From Gonapodya sp. JEL0774 (lineage: Eukaryota), in NCBI GenBank assembly GCA_027604505.1, contig JADIIX010000153.1, positions 1 through 47,599 of the forward strand: 47,599 nucleotides of DNA, read 5' to 3'. A program made the position numbers and the translations under genes. Every line of letters starts with the position of its first letter. Position 1 is the first letter of the stretch. The notes under the pieces are model-generated. The model did not search any database. It had not been told where the DNA came from and was given only the letters and a program-made list of their open reading frames with translations. Positions 23,001-35,933 of this stretch are shown here, piece by piece.

Positions 23001-25886
23001 CTGTTTCATTGCGAGTGCGGGGAAGAATTGAGCGCGGCCGTGTCGAGATTGAAGATGTTGGTGGACCAGAGAGTACAGTGATGTTGATGAGACCGTGGAA
23101 GGGTGGAGGCCCGAATGACAAAACGTTTCTCCTACCGTTGCAGAGAGATGAGAATAGCGTTGCGGCATTCTTGGTGCTACCACCGCAAAATATGGGGTTG
23201 GTTGCAACGGTTGCTGTGAGATTGCGGAATCCATCACTTCTAAACCTGGCATTTGCGTGGCGACTGGTGCCAGAGACCCTCTTAGCTAGACAGAGAGGAG
23301 GAGTCATGAAGGATTTCGATGTTTGTCCGATGGAGGGAGTGCTTCAGGCACTTGGAAGTACCACAATTTTGTTTCGATACGATCCAAAGACATTGGGGAA
23401 GGCGACAGCGCTATGGGAACTGCATCACGGAGACAAAGGCAAAGCCCCTTATCGCGGACTTTTCGTGCGAATAATTGCAGAGTGTGTGGAGCCTGCCACA
23501 GAAGTGACCCCGGCAAACCTCAGACTTGAGAGACCATTGTTTGTCGCGGAAACCAGGAAAGTGGTGTTGTTTGTCAGAAACAGCAGTGTTTCACCTGTGT
23601 CGTACGCCTGGAGCTTCTTGGATGTGGACGAAGAGCTGGTGATACTGAGTGACCGCACTGGTGAACTCACAGTGAACGCTGGTGAAGAAAGCAGGATCGA
23701 AGTTCAGTTGACCGGCCGTGCAGAGGGAAAGGTAGTAGGCGGTCGTTGAATGTGACAGTTTGTGTCCCTACTGATGGCATATGACTTCTCAGTTAGCAGG
23801 GGAGTTGGTTTTGGTGAGTCAGCCACCTGGTCCCACAATCCGTGTGCCACTGGAGGCCGTTGTCTGTGCGGTGAGCGTTGCACTTGCTTGAAATTTATCT
23901 TGAAAGTTTCTGAGACAGAGCGTCAATGTTCAGAGGCGTGATCGTTTCTCTTTAAGCTCTTCATGGGTGGACTTTGGCATGATGGCTTTCGGAGAACAAA
24001 AGAGTGCTTCACTTGTTCTCCGATGTGAAAAAGAAGACGATGTGACGACGAATTCTTGCCAGCCGGTGGACGTTGAGATCGAGTGCTTCGATGATTTCGT
24101 TTCAAGCAAACAATCCGCGGTGCTGAGCGCGAGACCATCCGTCGCCACCATCTTGCCGGCGGGACAATTGCCAATCGAGATCACATTGCAGCCTGAACGC
24201 GGATCTTTCAATGGGTTAGTGGTCTTTCGAGTTCGAAAACATGGATCTAAATCGGAGATCGGCAGTGTGGCGAACGTTTCTGCCCAGGTGGAGACACCTG
24301 TCATCGTTATTCCAGAGGAGATAGACTTTGGTGATGTTTTCACTGGGGTTGCAAAAAAACACTCAATGTTGGTTCGAAATATGTCACAGTTGGAAACACA
24401 AGTTCATTGGAGGCCAAACATTGTGACCTCATACGACCAACTGCAAATCTTGCCAACGGAGGTAACCCTAAAACCACTAGAGAGTTTGAAAGTGGATATT
24501 ACCTGGACGTGCTCTTCTCGATATTTGGAAGAACATTACGTCACATTGACGTGTGTAGTACCTGGCATGATCGAGAACGAAGGACATTTGCAGTTGACGC
24601 TGAAAGCAAGAGTATGTGGACTAGCAATCTCGTGCCATACTGAAAACGGTGCGGAGGACATCACAATGCACAGTTGGAATGGAGAAAATTCGCTATCACC
24701 GGCAACAATTAACTTTGGAACTGTTCCTGTGCTGGAGACCCGAATGAAAACTATCGTAATGACAAACGGTACTCCCATACCCGCTCGATACAGAGTGTCA
24801 TTCGATAGATACGGACCGCCGGACATGACTCTTGCTAGAACCTCCGGATCACCCATGATCCCCTTGAAGCCGAAGCCCACTACCAAGCGCGCGTTGTTGA
24901 GACCAAGTCCGGTTGCGGAACCCCTCGGTTTCACTTCTCGCGTTGGGAACCAATTTGTTTCCAGACTTGTCGCAGCCCGACGGAATGATACACAAATGCG
25001 TGACATGCTTCACCATGGAAAAGGCTTCACCGTCTCTGTTGCTGATATTGAAGGGGAGATACCTCCCCATGGAGTTGTTCGGCTGTTGTTGACAGAATGT
25101 GCGTTGCGCCAGCCTTCATCCATTTCTGCCATTGGATGTCATGTTTTTTTGTCTTTTTCGCTCGTTTAGACAACAATTTGCCTGGTAGCTACTCAGATGT
25201 GATGATGTTAGATTTTGTGGGTTGGTTCACAAGACGGTGAGTCAAGGATTTGTTTGTACACGACCACGAGATTTCAAGCTCGACTTTTCGCCCATGTTTG
25301 CTTCAGATTCCGCATCGAAGCCATCGTCCGCGGGGTGCCACTAAGGATATTGGGGGACCAACTCTCAACGACCCCAGACGGGCATGTCCTCAAATTTGGC
25401 ACATGCAAGAAGCAATGTTCCCAGATACCTTTGCCCCACGATTTGGACAACAATCGAGAAATCACTCTCACAAATCTTGGCCCTAGCGAGATGACAGTGG
25501 CATGGCGTGTGGCCGTGGGTGCGAATGAAACCATACCAAGCGATGCTACCACTGAGAGAGCAAAATCGGAAACACTTCTGTTAAAGAACAAAGAAATCCC
25601 AGAGCGTGATCCAGAGGACGAAGTTATCGCGCGCAATCAGTCATCGATCCGGGTGTCTGAATGTGATGGTGCAATGTTTCTGATCAAAGATCATCTAAGC
25701 ACCATTCCGCCTGGGCAAACCCGATCTCTCTCGATTGAGGCTGTACCACAACACGAAGGTGAACACCTTCAGCGGTTGATTGGAGAGGTGAAATATGGTC
25801 AAAACATTGAGGGGGCGCCTGACATGGATTTTAATAGCCTCGAGGACCGCGTGGTCCAAATTGCATTATTTGTGAGGGTGAAGTGA
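20090..25886 (+). CDS. DLEC1: DLEC1/CFAP81-like ciliary protein with multiple ASH/PapD-like Ig domains
   Basis: PPEVLFSSFSPGQ..LRVVNTS..APGMAAGFRIHFSP, repeated IDFG/INFG..N motifs, and MLHHGKGF..GEIPPHG..NNLPGSYSD, all matching remembered DLEC1 features. Very long first exon (20090-~23731) plus 4-5 further exons. Confidence 0.8.
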
Positions 25887-26171
25887 TTGCTTCACTTCGC
25901 CGACTAAGTTCCTCCATCTCTTGGATATTTATCTCCCCTCTTTTGCTTCTCACCTTACCTGTCACCAAAATATAGTACCGGTTGCCGTTTATGTAATACA
26001 TCAATTCCTGAATCAGAGTCATTTTGTTTTGTTTTTGTAATTGCTGGTCAATGCAATCAGTATTCCCTTGCTCAAAAATCTTCCATTTTCTGGTGGGAGA
26101 GGAGCAGTGTTGCATGGGAGAGGCAGTTGAGGGTGGCCCCCGACTTCACTGGGTGATCAAGCCCAATTTTA

Positions 26172-29100
26172 ATGCCGGGATCATCCAAAGGATCAGCAGA
26201 AAATGCACCGTATCGACTGTTGGAACTCATTGGTAAGAGCCTGGGCTGGAGAACTCGGTTGGAGTGAAGTACGTCAAATGAGGAGCTCACAGCTCAAACC
26301 TCATCCGATTTGAAGGCCATGGCTCCTTCGGCAAGGTGTACAAAGGGTAAGGTTATGAATCATTGTATTCAACGAATGGATCTCCTGATTTCACCTTGTG
26401 GACCGTCCAGGATGCGGAAGAGCAATGGGGATTTGGTTGCTGTGAAGGTGCTAAACCTGGATGTGGATAACGCTTTTGATGAGGAGATTGCAGACACCCA
26501 GAAAGAAATCCGGATGCTGAGCTTGATATGCGGTGATTCCCCGTTCTGCACGTGAGTGGTGTGGTTGCGCCCCCATGTTTCCCAAGCCTCTAATTGGGAT
26601 TCAAACTCCGGTGCAGCAAATACCATGAGTCCATAGTGGTCGATAGAAAACTCTGGATTGTGATGGAGTATTGTGGAGTTGGATCAGTCAGGGATGTGGT
26701 GAGTATGGTTGGAAACCCTCTTGCAGTTCACGTTACTCCAAGCATTCTAGTTCTTCGACAACCCAGCTGAAGTCCGGTATTCTGGAGGAAAAACATATCG
26801 CTATTATCGTTCGACAGGTCTTGCAAGCCCTTGTTTATCTCCATAACAAGTGCAACATAATTCACCGTGACATCAAAGGTGCGCTTGGCCATACCTCCAC
26901 TCGACCTTCAAAATTCAACCATTCAAACATTTTTCAGCTGCAAACATTCTATTATCAAACGATAATGGCGTAAAGCTGTGTGACTTTGGAGTGGCGGGAC
27001 AAATCACAATGACATCCCTCCGGCGAAACAGTTTCGTTGGCTCCCCACAGTGAGCCTTCGCCACTGCGTTTCCTTCGTCAGTTTTCACTCTCACGGTTGC
27101 GCGATGCTTTCTATTTAACCACTATTCATAGCTGGATGGCCCCGGAAGTAATCCAGCGAGCGTCATATGACTTCAAAGCCGACATATGGTCTCTCGGGAT
27201 CACCATCGTCGAAATGGCACTCGGTAATCCTCCGCACTCAAATCAGGATCCACGTAGAGCCATATTTTTGATCCCACGGACCAAACCTCCGAGGCTGGAT
27301 GGGAACTATTCCCAGGCGATGAGAGAATTTTTGGCACTGTGTATGAGAGAAGAGCCCGCTGATGTGAGTGGCGATTGCAGGAATCCCTCCAAACGGAACG
27401 GTGGGCTTGACTTCTTTGACAGCGACCTACAGCGGAGGAACTGTTGAAGACGAAGTTCATCCGAAATGCTCCAAAGGGAACTGTCCTCCTCGCCGACCTT
27501 ATCGCCCGGCACGAGCAATGGAAGCAAGCGCACGGGGAGCGTATGACTGAAAGGTGAGTTGTGAGAAGTACCTCATTTGCGAGGGCCCAAAATTTGAGAC
27601 ATTGATTTCGGTGCAGTCCAGAACCCCCCATGAACAACGAGGAGGACGACGAGGATGAGGAGTGGGTCTTCGATACTTATCAATCGCGTACCAAAAGCGG
27701 CTCTATCGACCGTAGAGACAGAGAATCGCCCTTGGGAACCGTTCGTGCGCCACCTGAAATCGATCACTCAAATCGGAAAGAGCCTCACCCGTCAGCGACA
27801 GTTCGTGCACCCCCATCCCCATTGCCTGCTTCAAATGGCAGCGCGTCACTTGCGCCGGCGGACTCAGTTCTGGAGGCTTCTTCTACCGTAAAAGGAACCC
27901 CAAGGCGGCGGAATGTCAGCAGGAACCGGGAGGACGTTGCCGCGGTTGTAAACATGGTTGCAAACCTGTTTCCTCGCCCTGCAAGTATGGTCGGATTGCC
28001 CACAGCGGCCAGCTCCGACGATGGACGACGGAAAGTGGTGGAGCAGGAAAAACCACGGACTTTTCTGGAGAAGCCAAGGAAATCGACGGAGGAAGGCTCG
28101 AGATCCCGTTCACCTCCCAGTCCACGACCTCACTCAGTGATTGAAGCATCTTCTCGGCAGCACCCATCTGGTGAAGGGTCACGTGTGCGATCGTCAATGG
28201 ATGCAGTGAGACCACGAAGTACCATTGAGGGTCCGAGACCGCGTAGCTCCATTGATGATGTGAGACGGAGTTCAATTGAAGGGACAAGGACTCGCAGCGC
28301 CCTATCGCGGGATGCAGATCATGGCAACTCAAGTCGGCCGACGTCCTCATTGTCACAGTCACCGAGATCTCAGACCCCTCACAGTCGTCGACAGTCGCGC
28401 ACTTTGCCCGACTCAAATGGAAACGAGGTCGGACGCACATCAACCCCCACCGGGCCTCGCAATGGTGATGTAACTCCGCCCACGGTGAGCATCAATATTG
28501 TATTGGAACCCGCACGTGGGCAGAACCCCCGAGGGGGTCCAGGACCACCTGCATACAACAAGGCACTACCATCCCCTACGGAGCCCCATCCTAATAGCAT
28601 GGCACCTAACGTGACAGCTGCTCGCTCGCAAGGAAGTAAACTCGTGGCTCCGCCGTTTGTTGCCCCCCCGCTCCTGCGCTCAATGTCACAGCCTATGCCT
28701 GGTTCTGGCCCCGGCCCACCTAACACTGGACCGACTCCATCAGCTCCCATGAACACTCCTAACGTTGTGCCCAGTCAGCGGCCAGCGAGTATGCTGGCTC
28801 CCAGTGGGTCACCTCCGGTACCGCAACACTCGATGTCCGCACCAAACCTTCCCGGTGGCTCAACGTTTCCTCGTCGCGCACCCTCTCTCCTGTATCCCGA
28901 GATTCACGGTCGTACGGCTCCACATCCAAGCCATCGGTCGTTGATCTCACCCGCCGAGGACTCTTCTGTGGCGCCGGCTCCTGAGCTTACACCCCCGTTG
29001 CCGAGGTTAAGAAGTGCTGGCCGAACTAGATCCAACACAGCAGGGGATGCTAACACCAACGCTGGCGGTGGTGGCACGGTTGCTGCGCGGCGCGTATCCG

Positions 29101-29528
29101 CCTTTTATGAGCATGGTTTGGGGTTGGAGCTGGGTGAACCACAGCCTGGTCGTCATTTCGCCAACATGACACGATCAAGTTCCAGCTCAGCCAAAACGGA
29201 CCCTCACAGTCGGACCACGTCTAATGGATCGATACATGGACTGGTGAATGGGAGTGAACCTTCCTCTGGTTCCAACACTGCCTCCGTACAACCCAGTAGA
29301 GCGGACAGTGGTCAGTCTTCGGGCAATAGTTGGAATGCTACTGATGGTTCAAATGGCCAAGATGACGGTGCAGTAATAGTATTTCGGAGGGACAAGCGGG
29401 TGGGACTTGACCCTCCGAGCCAGAGTGGCACCGTTGGCGTTCTCGGTGTTTTGGGCGCCGTTCGTCCCAAAGCATCTGCGCGGATGAGAGTTTTCGCTAT
29501 GGTGGGAGACGAACTATGGAGGAAGTGA
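26172..29528 (+). CDS. STE20/GCK-family Ser/Thr kinase (Kic1/Nak1/MST-like) with long disordered C-terminus
   Basis: Spliced: [81 protein letters not shown]. Confidence 0.92.
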
Positions 29529-30261
29529 GCATTGAAGGGGGATCACACTCGTATGGCGAGGATTCCGCATTTGCATGTAAACACGTTGAGTTTAGAAGCA
29601 CCCGTTTAGCTTCCGTGTTGACTGTAATGTATGTATGTACAGAACCTGTATGACACCGGATTCGCATTCATCGATTTTAGCACCTAACGAGGAGCATTCC
29701 TCCCCTTCTCTCCTTGTCCCGCACTTTCCCCACCATCGCACCCCTCCCCCTTTCTCACCGACGAAGTTGTACGCACTGAGGAACTGTCAACCAATATTCA
29801 CAGGGAACAAAAACTACGCCTTGCGATGAATACACAGTGAGTGATCCTCGGTGATATGTGCAACCTTGAACCTGAACGTATATACAACATTGGCCCGCTC
29901 CAAAAGAACACCTGTCTTGGCAAGAGCATGGATAGTACAGTTCCAACGCCCTTGACTTAATTCTTCTTTCCCCTTCCCCTCCCGTGCGCCCCCCTATGTT
30001 CTCCTCCACCCGAACCCCCACCCCGCCCTCCGTGACCTATTCGGGACGAAGGAGGGCGCCGAAGGGGTTGTGGGCGGCGAGATGCTGCGTGGAGAAATGA
30101 GTGAAAGTAAGTTGGTGGGGCATGGTAGAGTATAGGGTATGCGACAGAGCAATTGGAGAAGAAAAGGGACGGTGTCAGCGACACCTCGCTCCCGAGCAAC
30201 CTACTCTCCCCCCCCTCACCCTCCAACGCAACCCACCACTCCCCGTCCCGCTCGCTCTTGT

Positions 30262-31905
30262 CTATTTCACCAACTCACCGTCATCGTCATCGTCTCCATC
30301 TTCTGTCCCTTCTATTCCACTCACTACACCGCTCGCCGCATCGTCAACGTCCATATCCGACTTCGCACTGTCCTCCCCGTTGTAGTCTACGAGCTGCGCC
30401 AGTCCGTGCCCACTTTGTTCGTCTCCAGCACCTCCAGCTACCGAATCTACAGACTTGGTATGTCTCGTCCGCCTGGTACTTGTGGGCCCCGAGACTGCCG
30501 TTGCTCCACCTGCTCCCGTACTAGCAATAGTTCCCGTACCCACGGCACCGCTCCCTCCCAAAGGCCCCACAGTCCCCTGCGATGCTGACCCTTCTTCCCT
30601 TCGTCTACCTCTGCGTCTTCCCGATCCAGATCCCGCAGCTGTTCCGCCTGTCCCGTCCTCGTCCTTCACCTCCACCTCTTCGTCCACCACCTCTGCCGCA
30701 CCCCCTTCAGCCGCGTTTGTGCTCGCCCTGGCTTCTCGGGCGCGCTCCCACTCTGGGTCATGAATGGGGAGGCGGAATTCGGTAGTGTGCAGGAGGAAAG
30801 GTGCAGGGTGAGGCGGGGGGGGGTGGTCCTCCGCGTCGGAAGGAGGGTCAGAGTCCTAGTTTAGAGAACAGGTGGGTGTGAGACGGGCGTGTAAATGAGC
30901 AGGGTGGGTGTACAATGATCCCGAACTTCGTCATTGCTCTCTCTCGTCCGTCGGATATAGAGCAAGTTTTGGGTTCTCGAGAAGGGACAGGACCGGCCGT
31001 ACCCCTCCTGAAGGACTACTTCAAACTGCACATCCGTTTGGAATACAGAGCACCATTCCTGACTTGTCATTTCCCAAGTGCATCAGAACCCCCTGCCACG
31101 ACTGTCCACCACTACCCGCCCATTATCGAAACAACATTGGCTATTTTTCCTCCCGCCCCCTCCCAGTCTACTCACTGCCACCTCATCCAACCCAGCCACA
31201 TCGTAGTAACGTCCGAATCTCTCCCACAGGGCCTGCAGAGGGAGCTTCACCGGGGAGTTACTATTGAAGAAGCGGGAGACAGAGAGCATGCGGAAATGCT
31301 TGTGAACGCCTATGGGCTTTGGAGTGGAACGTGGTAGGAGTGTTGAGGGAGCATGGGGCAGCAATGGTGGGGAGTGTAGTGAGTGCGGAGGTTATAGGCC
31401 AAACTTCTCACTTGGGCCCTCAATAAGCAACGCCTGGGAACGGTCGCAACGCCACAATCGACTGATCGACCGGTGAGAATTCTTCATTGGGTTCAGGTTT
31501 CCAGTGTCTCTGTTCTCGTCCGTCCGACGCGTGCTCTGGTTCTCAAACACTTTCAGTCTTGGATTGAAGAGCACCCGTCGAGCCGAGGACAACAACGGTA
31601 GTCGCCCCGTGCCCAAAGAGTCCATTCCTTCTTCATGGCGTTATTTTGTCACATTCCTAAGTCTACCGGGACCATAACCCCTCTCTCATATCGCATTGCA
31701 TAGACCATCGGTTCGAGCCAAATGCTCGCTTCGACCAGCACTCTCTGCAAGTCCCAATAAAAGACATTAATTGAAAACAAACCTTGTACTTTGCCAACGC
31801 CTGGAAGAGCACGATTTCCATTTCGGGAGTCCATGAAGTGTAAGAACCATCGGTTTCGGTCGATGCGTAGTGAACAGGAGTTCCCGGGAAGGAAAATCTG
31901 TTCAT
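30262..31905 (-). CDS. EAF7: Eaf7/MRGBP NuA4 subunit; exons 31905-31783, 31316-31176, 30855-30262
   Basis: WTPEMEIVLFQALAKYK/PIGVHKHFRMLSV..LWERFGRYYDVAGLDE..EFRLP, then an acidic low-complexity tail. Exon phases are consistent. Confidence 0.88.
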
Positions 31906-32366
31906 TGTATGGTCGGGCGAAGGTGGAGGGATGGGATTGTTGAGTTGGTTGAGTTGGTTTGAGTGTGAGGGATGGGGAAGAGGAGAATTTGCAGGGGAAT
32001 CCGCGTCCTTGGACACGTGAGACGTCTCAGCAGACGACGCCACTGAGTGTTTCTTCGTCCGTGGAATCCCAGTCGGCATCGCACCGGCCGATCACGTCAG
32101 TTGAAGATGAAAGTGTGCGGATTATTTGATGTTCGTGAAACCGCTCCCAGACCTGAAATACTCCGCCGCCGTCTCCACCAGTGTGCCGAGAAAAGAGTTT
32201 TTGTTTTATTCTTGGGGAGTTTTCGAAAAAACTTTGTGCAGTGCTTACCAGGGGGAAAGTGGTCACAACAACTCAACAGAAAAGTATTAAGTACAACAAC
32301 ATCATTATGGTGTACGTAGAAGTCCTGAAGTCATTATCCAAATCAGTCCAAACACTATGTATCCGA

Positions 32367-34348
32367 TCAGTTTCTCCCCACCATCTCCCTCCATCCCCTC
32401 ACCCCACCGATAGATAATACAAAAGTCGAAAGACTGCTGATGACCACGATGACTCCCATGATCAGGAAGGCTTTGGTGGGATCGCCGAGATAGGCCGTGA
32501 AGATGGCGTCTGTGGAGTGGTGCGTGTTGGAAAAAACAGAAGGGCGAAAGAAAAAGTTGACAATAACTCACTGAACACGGCGCCCCCAATGTTCCCCCCA
32601 GCCCCAACAAGCCCGGACACTGCCCCCTTTCTCGACGGATCCACATAAGGCACAAGTGCAAAGGTGGTCCCGCACGCCGCCTCGGTGAAGATGGAGAAAA
32701 GCACCAGCACAGTCATTGCGGCAGGTAAGTTGCCGATGAAACTGAAGGCGATCAGTGCTGCTCCATTGAGAAACAGCACAACGAGTTGGACGAGGAGCCG
32801 GCCGACGAGTGGGAACTGAGTCTTTGAAGCGGCATAGTCCGACACGAGGCCCCCCATGGCCCGAGTGAAGATGTTCAAAAGACCAAACGTGGATCCAAGC
32901 AAGCCTGCGTTGGATTGGTTAATGAATTGACATTTGTTTGCGTCGGTCAGGGGATCGCAGTTGTCGCGGACGAAATCTGAGTTGCGATCGAAGAACGTCT
33001 CGTTACCAGATGTGCGGCGATCACGATACAAAACATACGTACGATGAGACAAGTAACCCCCCAACTTGGAATCCACGCTGAGCTCTACTCCAAAAGAACA
33101 GGCGTACATCAAGCTCAAAATAACCACCGGTGGAGACACAGCCAGCTTTACAAACGACCAGATCTCCTGGCCAACGTTTGTTCGGGCACGTTTCAACGCA
33201 GAACGACCCGTGGCGTTCGGTTCAGGGACGGCAGTCTTGTCCGAAGATTCCGAGAAAACTTTTGTCATGACAACGCTGTCGGAGAGGGCGTGCGAATCGA
33301 ATCCGACTTGGACGGGGCGGTCGTCGCCGAACACGAAACTGTGAATGAATGAGTTAAAGAAACGGTAACCGAGGGTCCAAGTTCGAAAACTCACCATATC
33401 GTAGCACACAAAACGCCAAATAAGCCTGGTACCAGCAAAGTCAACCGCCATGAGTAACCCTTCGATACTCCCAAGTACTCAAACAGATTGAATATCTGAG
33501 GAGTAACCAAGTACGCAACTCCCGCGCCTAGATTACCCCACCCCGCACTGAGGGAGTTCGCGGAGCCGACGACGTTGTAGGCGAAGAGAGACTGTGTCCA
33601 ATATTGACAAGGTACGAAGACGGCACCTTGAGGTGGGAGCGGGAGTGTGATTTGCATATGAGTTGCACAATTCGCAAGATTGAAGCTGTCACCAAACAGC
33701 TCAACATTCGTTGCTCGACTCACCAAGTATCCCTACAAATGCTCTTACAGTGATCAACCCCACACCATTGGTTACAAACGCAGTGCACATGAGGAGCATG
33801 GACCCAACGGATAGCAGGGCAGCCATGACCCTCCGTGCGCCCCACGCATCAAGCATTGGGCCAACCATTACACGGAAGATAATGTTGGAGGCGATGTTGG
33901 CAGTATCGCTGTTGGAGGCGCTCGAGTCGGAAATGCTATTATGTAAGGTTTACAAAGCGGGGAATCGTGAGGAAGAGAGAGGGAAACAGAGAAAAGAGTT
34001 ATCGTACCCAGTATCCAATTTTATGGAGGGCAGAATGGCGGTGGTGGCGAACCAACCCGTGAACCTTTACAAGCCAAGTGAAAGTTAGGGTGACATTTGA
34101 TGGTTTGAATTTGCTTAGTGAACTCACGCAGCAAAGAAACCAAGCGTGCAAACCCAAAACGAGCGCATATGAATGCGGCGGAAGGAAGCCAAGTTCACTT
34201 CCTGAACTCGGTCAAGTGAGAAATGAGCTCTCGTGTGCGGGCACTGCCTAATACGCACCATTGCGCGACCATCCTCGTCAGTCTGGAGAGTTTTGACGGG
34301 TCTCTCAAGATACACGGACACGCGATCGACGCTTATAGGAATCCGCAT
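32367..34348 (-). CDS. NRT2: High-affinity nitrate/nitrite transporter, MFS NNP (NRT2) family
   Basis: HMRSFW..GFFAAFTGWF, GAVFVPCQYWT..VVGSANSLSAGWGNLGAG (nitrate signature), YACSFGVEL, FGLLNIFTRAMGGLVSD, GAVSGLVGAGGNIGG. C-terminal end approximate. Confidence 0.92.
33641..33721. repeat. ~80-bp fold-back dispersed repeat, copy 1 (fills NRT2 intron 33627-33723)
   Basis: Aligns end to end with 34994-35076. Confidence 0.85.
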
Positions 34349-34993
34349 TGGAGAATGGGACAAGAAGTGTAGAAGTGAAGATGGCAGAGAGCGGGGATTT
34401 GGGGGTGGTTTTAGCGGAGAAGGGAAGCAGGATGAGCAAGATGCGGGATGGATGTGGAGAGAAGGAATGTGGTGAATGTGGTGAATGTGGTGCCGTGGGA
34501 GGAGAGCGGCAGGGGTGCTTGGATAAAAGGCCGGAAGAACTGAACAAAGTTGTTCCCTTTGCATGTTCCTCTCCGTTTCCCGATTTGGCAAAATTGAACT
34601 TCCACCAACTCACACTCACAAACATCAGACAACGAACTATGCAAGTAAATTCTCCCCCCTTTCCATTATCTGATGTCTGCCACTCCTTTCGCTCCTAGGA
34701 TTCGCCAGCAAATCCATGACGATTTGTGGGATGGTGCGGGATGATGAAGGGGCAACAAGAATGATCCTGAACAAAGGTTGAATCCGCCTCTCATTTGAAA
34801 AGAGAGATACTACAAAGTACCGTCTCGCGGAACATCTATGTGGGTCATTTTGTTTCCACTTAGGCATGCGTGTCTCCCCTTCCTCCCCCCCTGTAAGATA
34901 CCTTGTTGATATTGGGTTGTCGTATCATGGCGCTGTACAACTCTGGGGGGGAAAGGGAACCAGCCTACAGATGGAGGTCATGAGTGAGGCAAT

Positions 34994-35076
34994 GGGAGAG
35001 CGATTTGCATACGAGCTGCGACAATTCAAAAAATTGAAACTGTCACCAAAACAGCTCGATATTCGTCGCTCAACTC
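34994..35076. repeat. ~80-bp fold-back dispersed repeat, copy 2 (intergenic, best-paired copy)
   Basis: GGGAGAGCGA...CGAGCTG...CAGCTCG...TCGCTCAACTC imperfect palindrome, homologous to copies 1 and 3. Confidence 0.85.
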
Positions 35077-35252
35077 CTCCTCCCCCCCATTTGGTCCAAT
35101 ACGACCACCCCCTCCCTTCCGACCAATTCAGCTTTCGCAATATACAATATGTACATGTATGAATTCCGGAAGATAATCCAAAGGGATTCAAATCAATCTT
35201 CCCAACAAGCCGTCGGAAACAAAAAAACAACGATTCTAAGTCTTGCTATTAA

Positions 35253-35758
35253 TAGTGGGTTTCAAAGTTCGTCCGAATAGAATTCCGAATGGGGTCGTCC
35301 GAATCCAAAAAATGATTCGGAAAAAGTTCCGGTGATTCGGACGGATTCGGCGACTACTGTTCGTCCCCGAATCCATCTCAATCGTCCGAATCGCTTTGCA
35401 GGCTGAATCCATATTCGGCATACAATAATATTGGGGTTCGATTGAAAGCAATATACAAAGAGGAAAGAATATATTGCTGATGCAAATTACTAAAATCACC
35501 ACTGATGCACGAGACTGCGCGACGGAGAGCCCCAACTTGTTATTGATAGTCAGCGGAGCTCGCTTCCAGCAGCTTGCGATCTGACCCCGTGTTCGTGGGT
35601 CCTGGTATCATGGTGAAAGTGCAATCAAGTTGCTGAGAAGTGGATTCCGTTCTCGTGCCAACGATTCGGACGGCTACAAACTTTGAAACCCCCCTATCCC
35701 AATCTCTATTCGGACGCCCTATTCGGAATTCTATTCGGACGAACTTTGAAACCCACTA
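35253..35758. mobile_element. Non-autonomous TIR element (MITE, hAT-like), ~506 bp
   Basis: ~50-bp TIRs (TAGTGGGTTTCAAAGTTCGTCCGAATAGAATTCCGAAT and its reverse complement ending GAAACCCACTA), about a dozen TCCGAAT/ATTCGG subterminal motifs, no coding capacity. TSD only partial (CTATT on both sides). Confidence 0.88.
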
Positions 35759-35933
35759 CTATTGCCGGTTCTTCGATGTCGGAACCTTTCATATTGTCGG
35801 TCCTTGATCATGTCACGACCGCCCGACGGGGTTCGGTAAAACGTTAAATGCCGAACTCAAGGGAGGCTTCAAAGTCTCCCACGGCATCCAGCATAACATC
35901 TGTCAATCCGTACAAGGCCTATAGCAGCTCACA

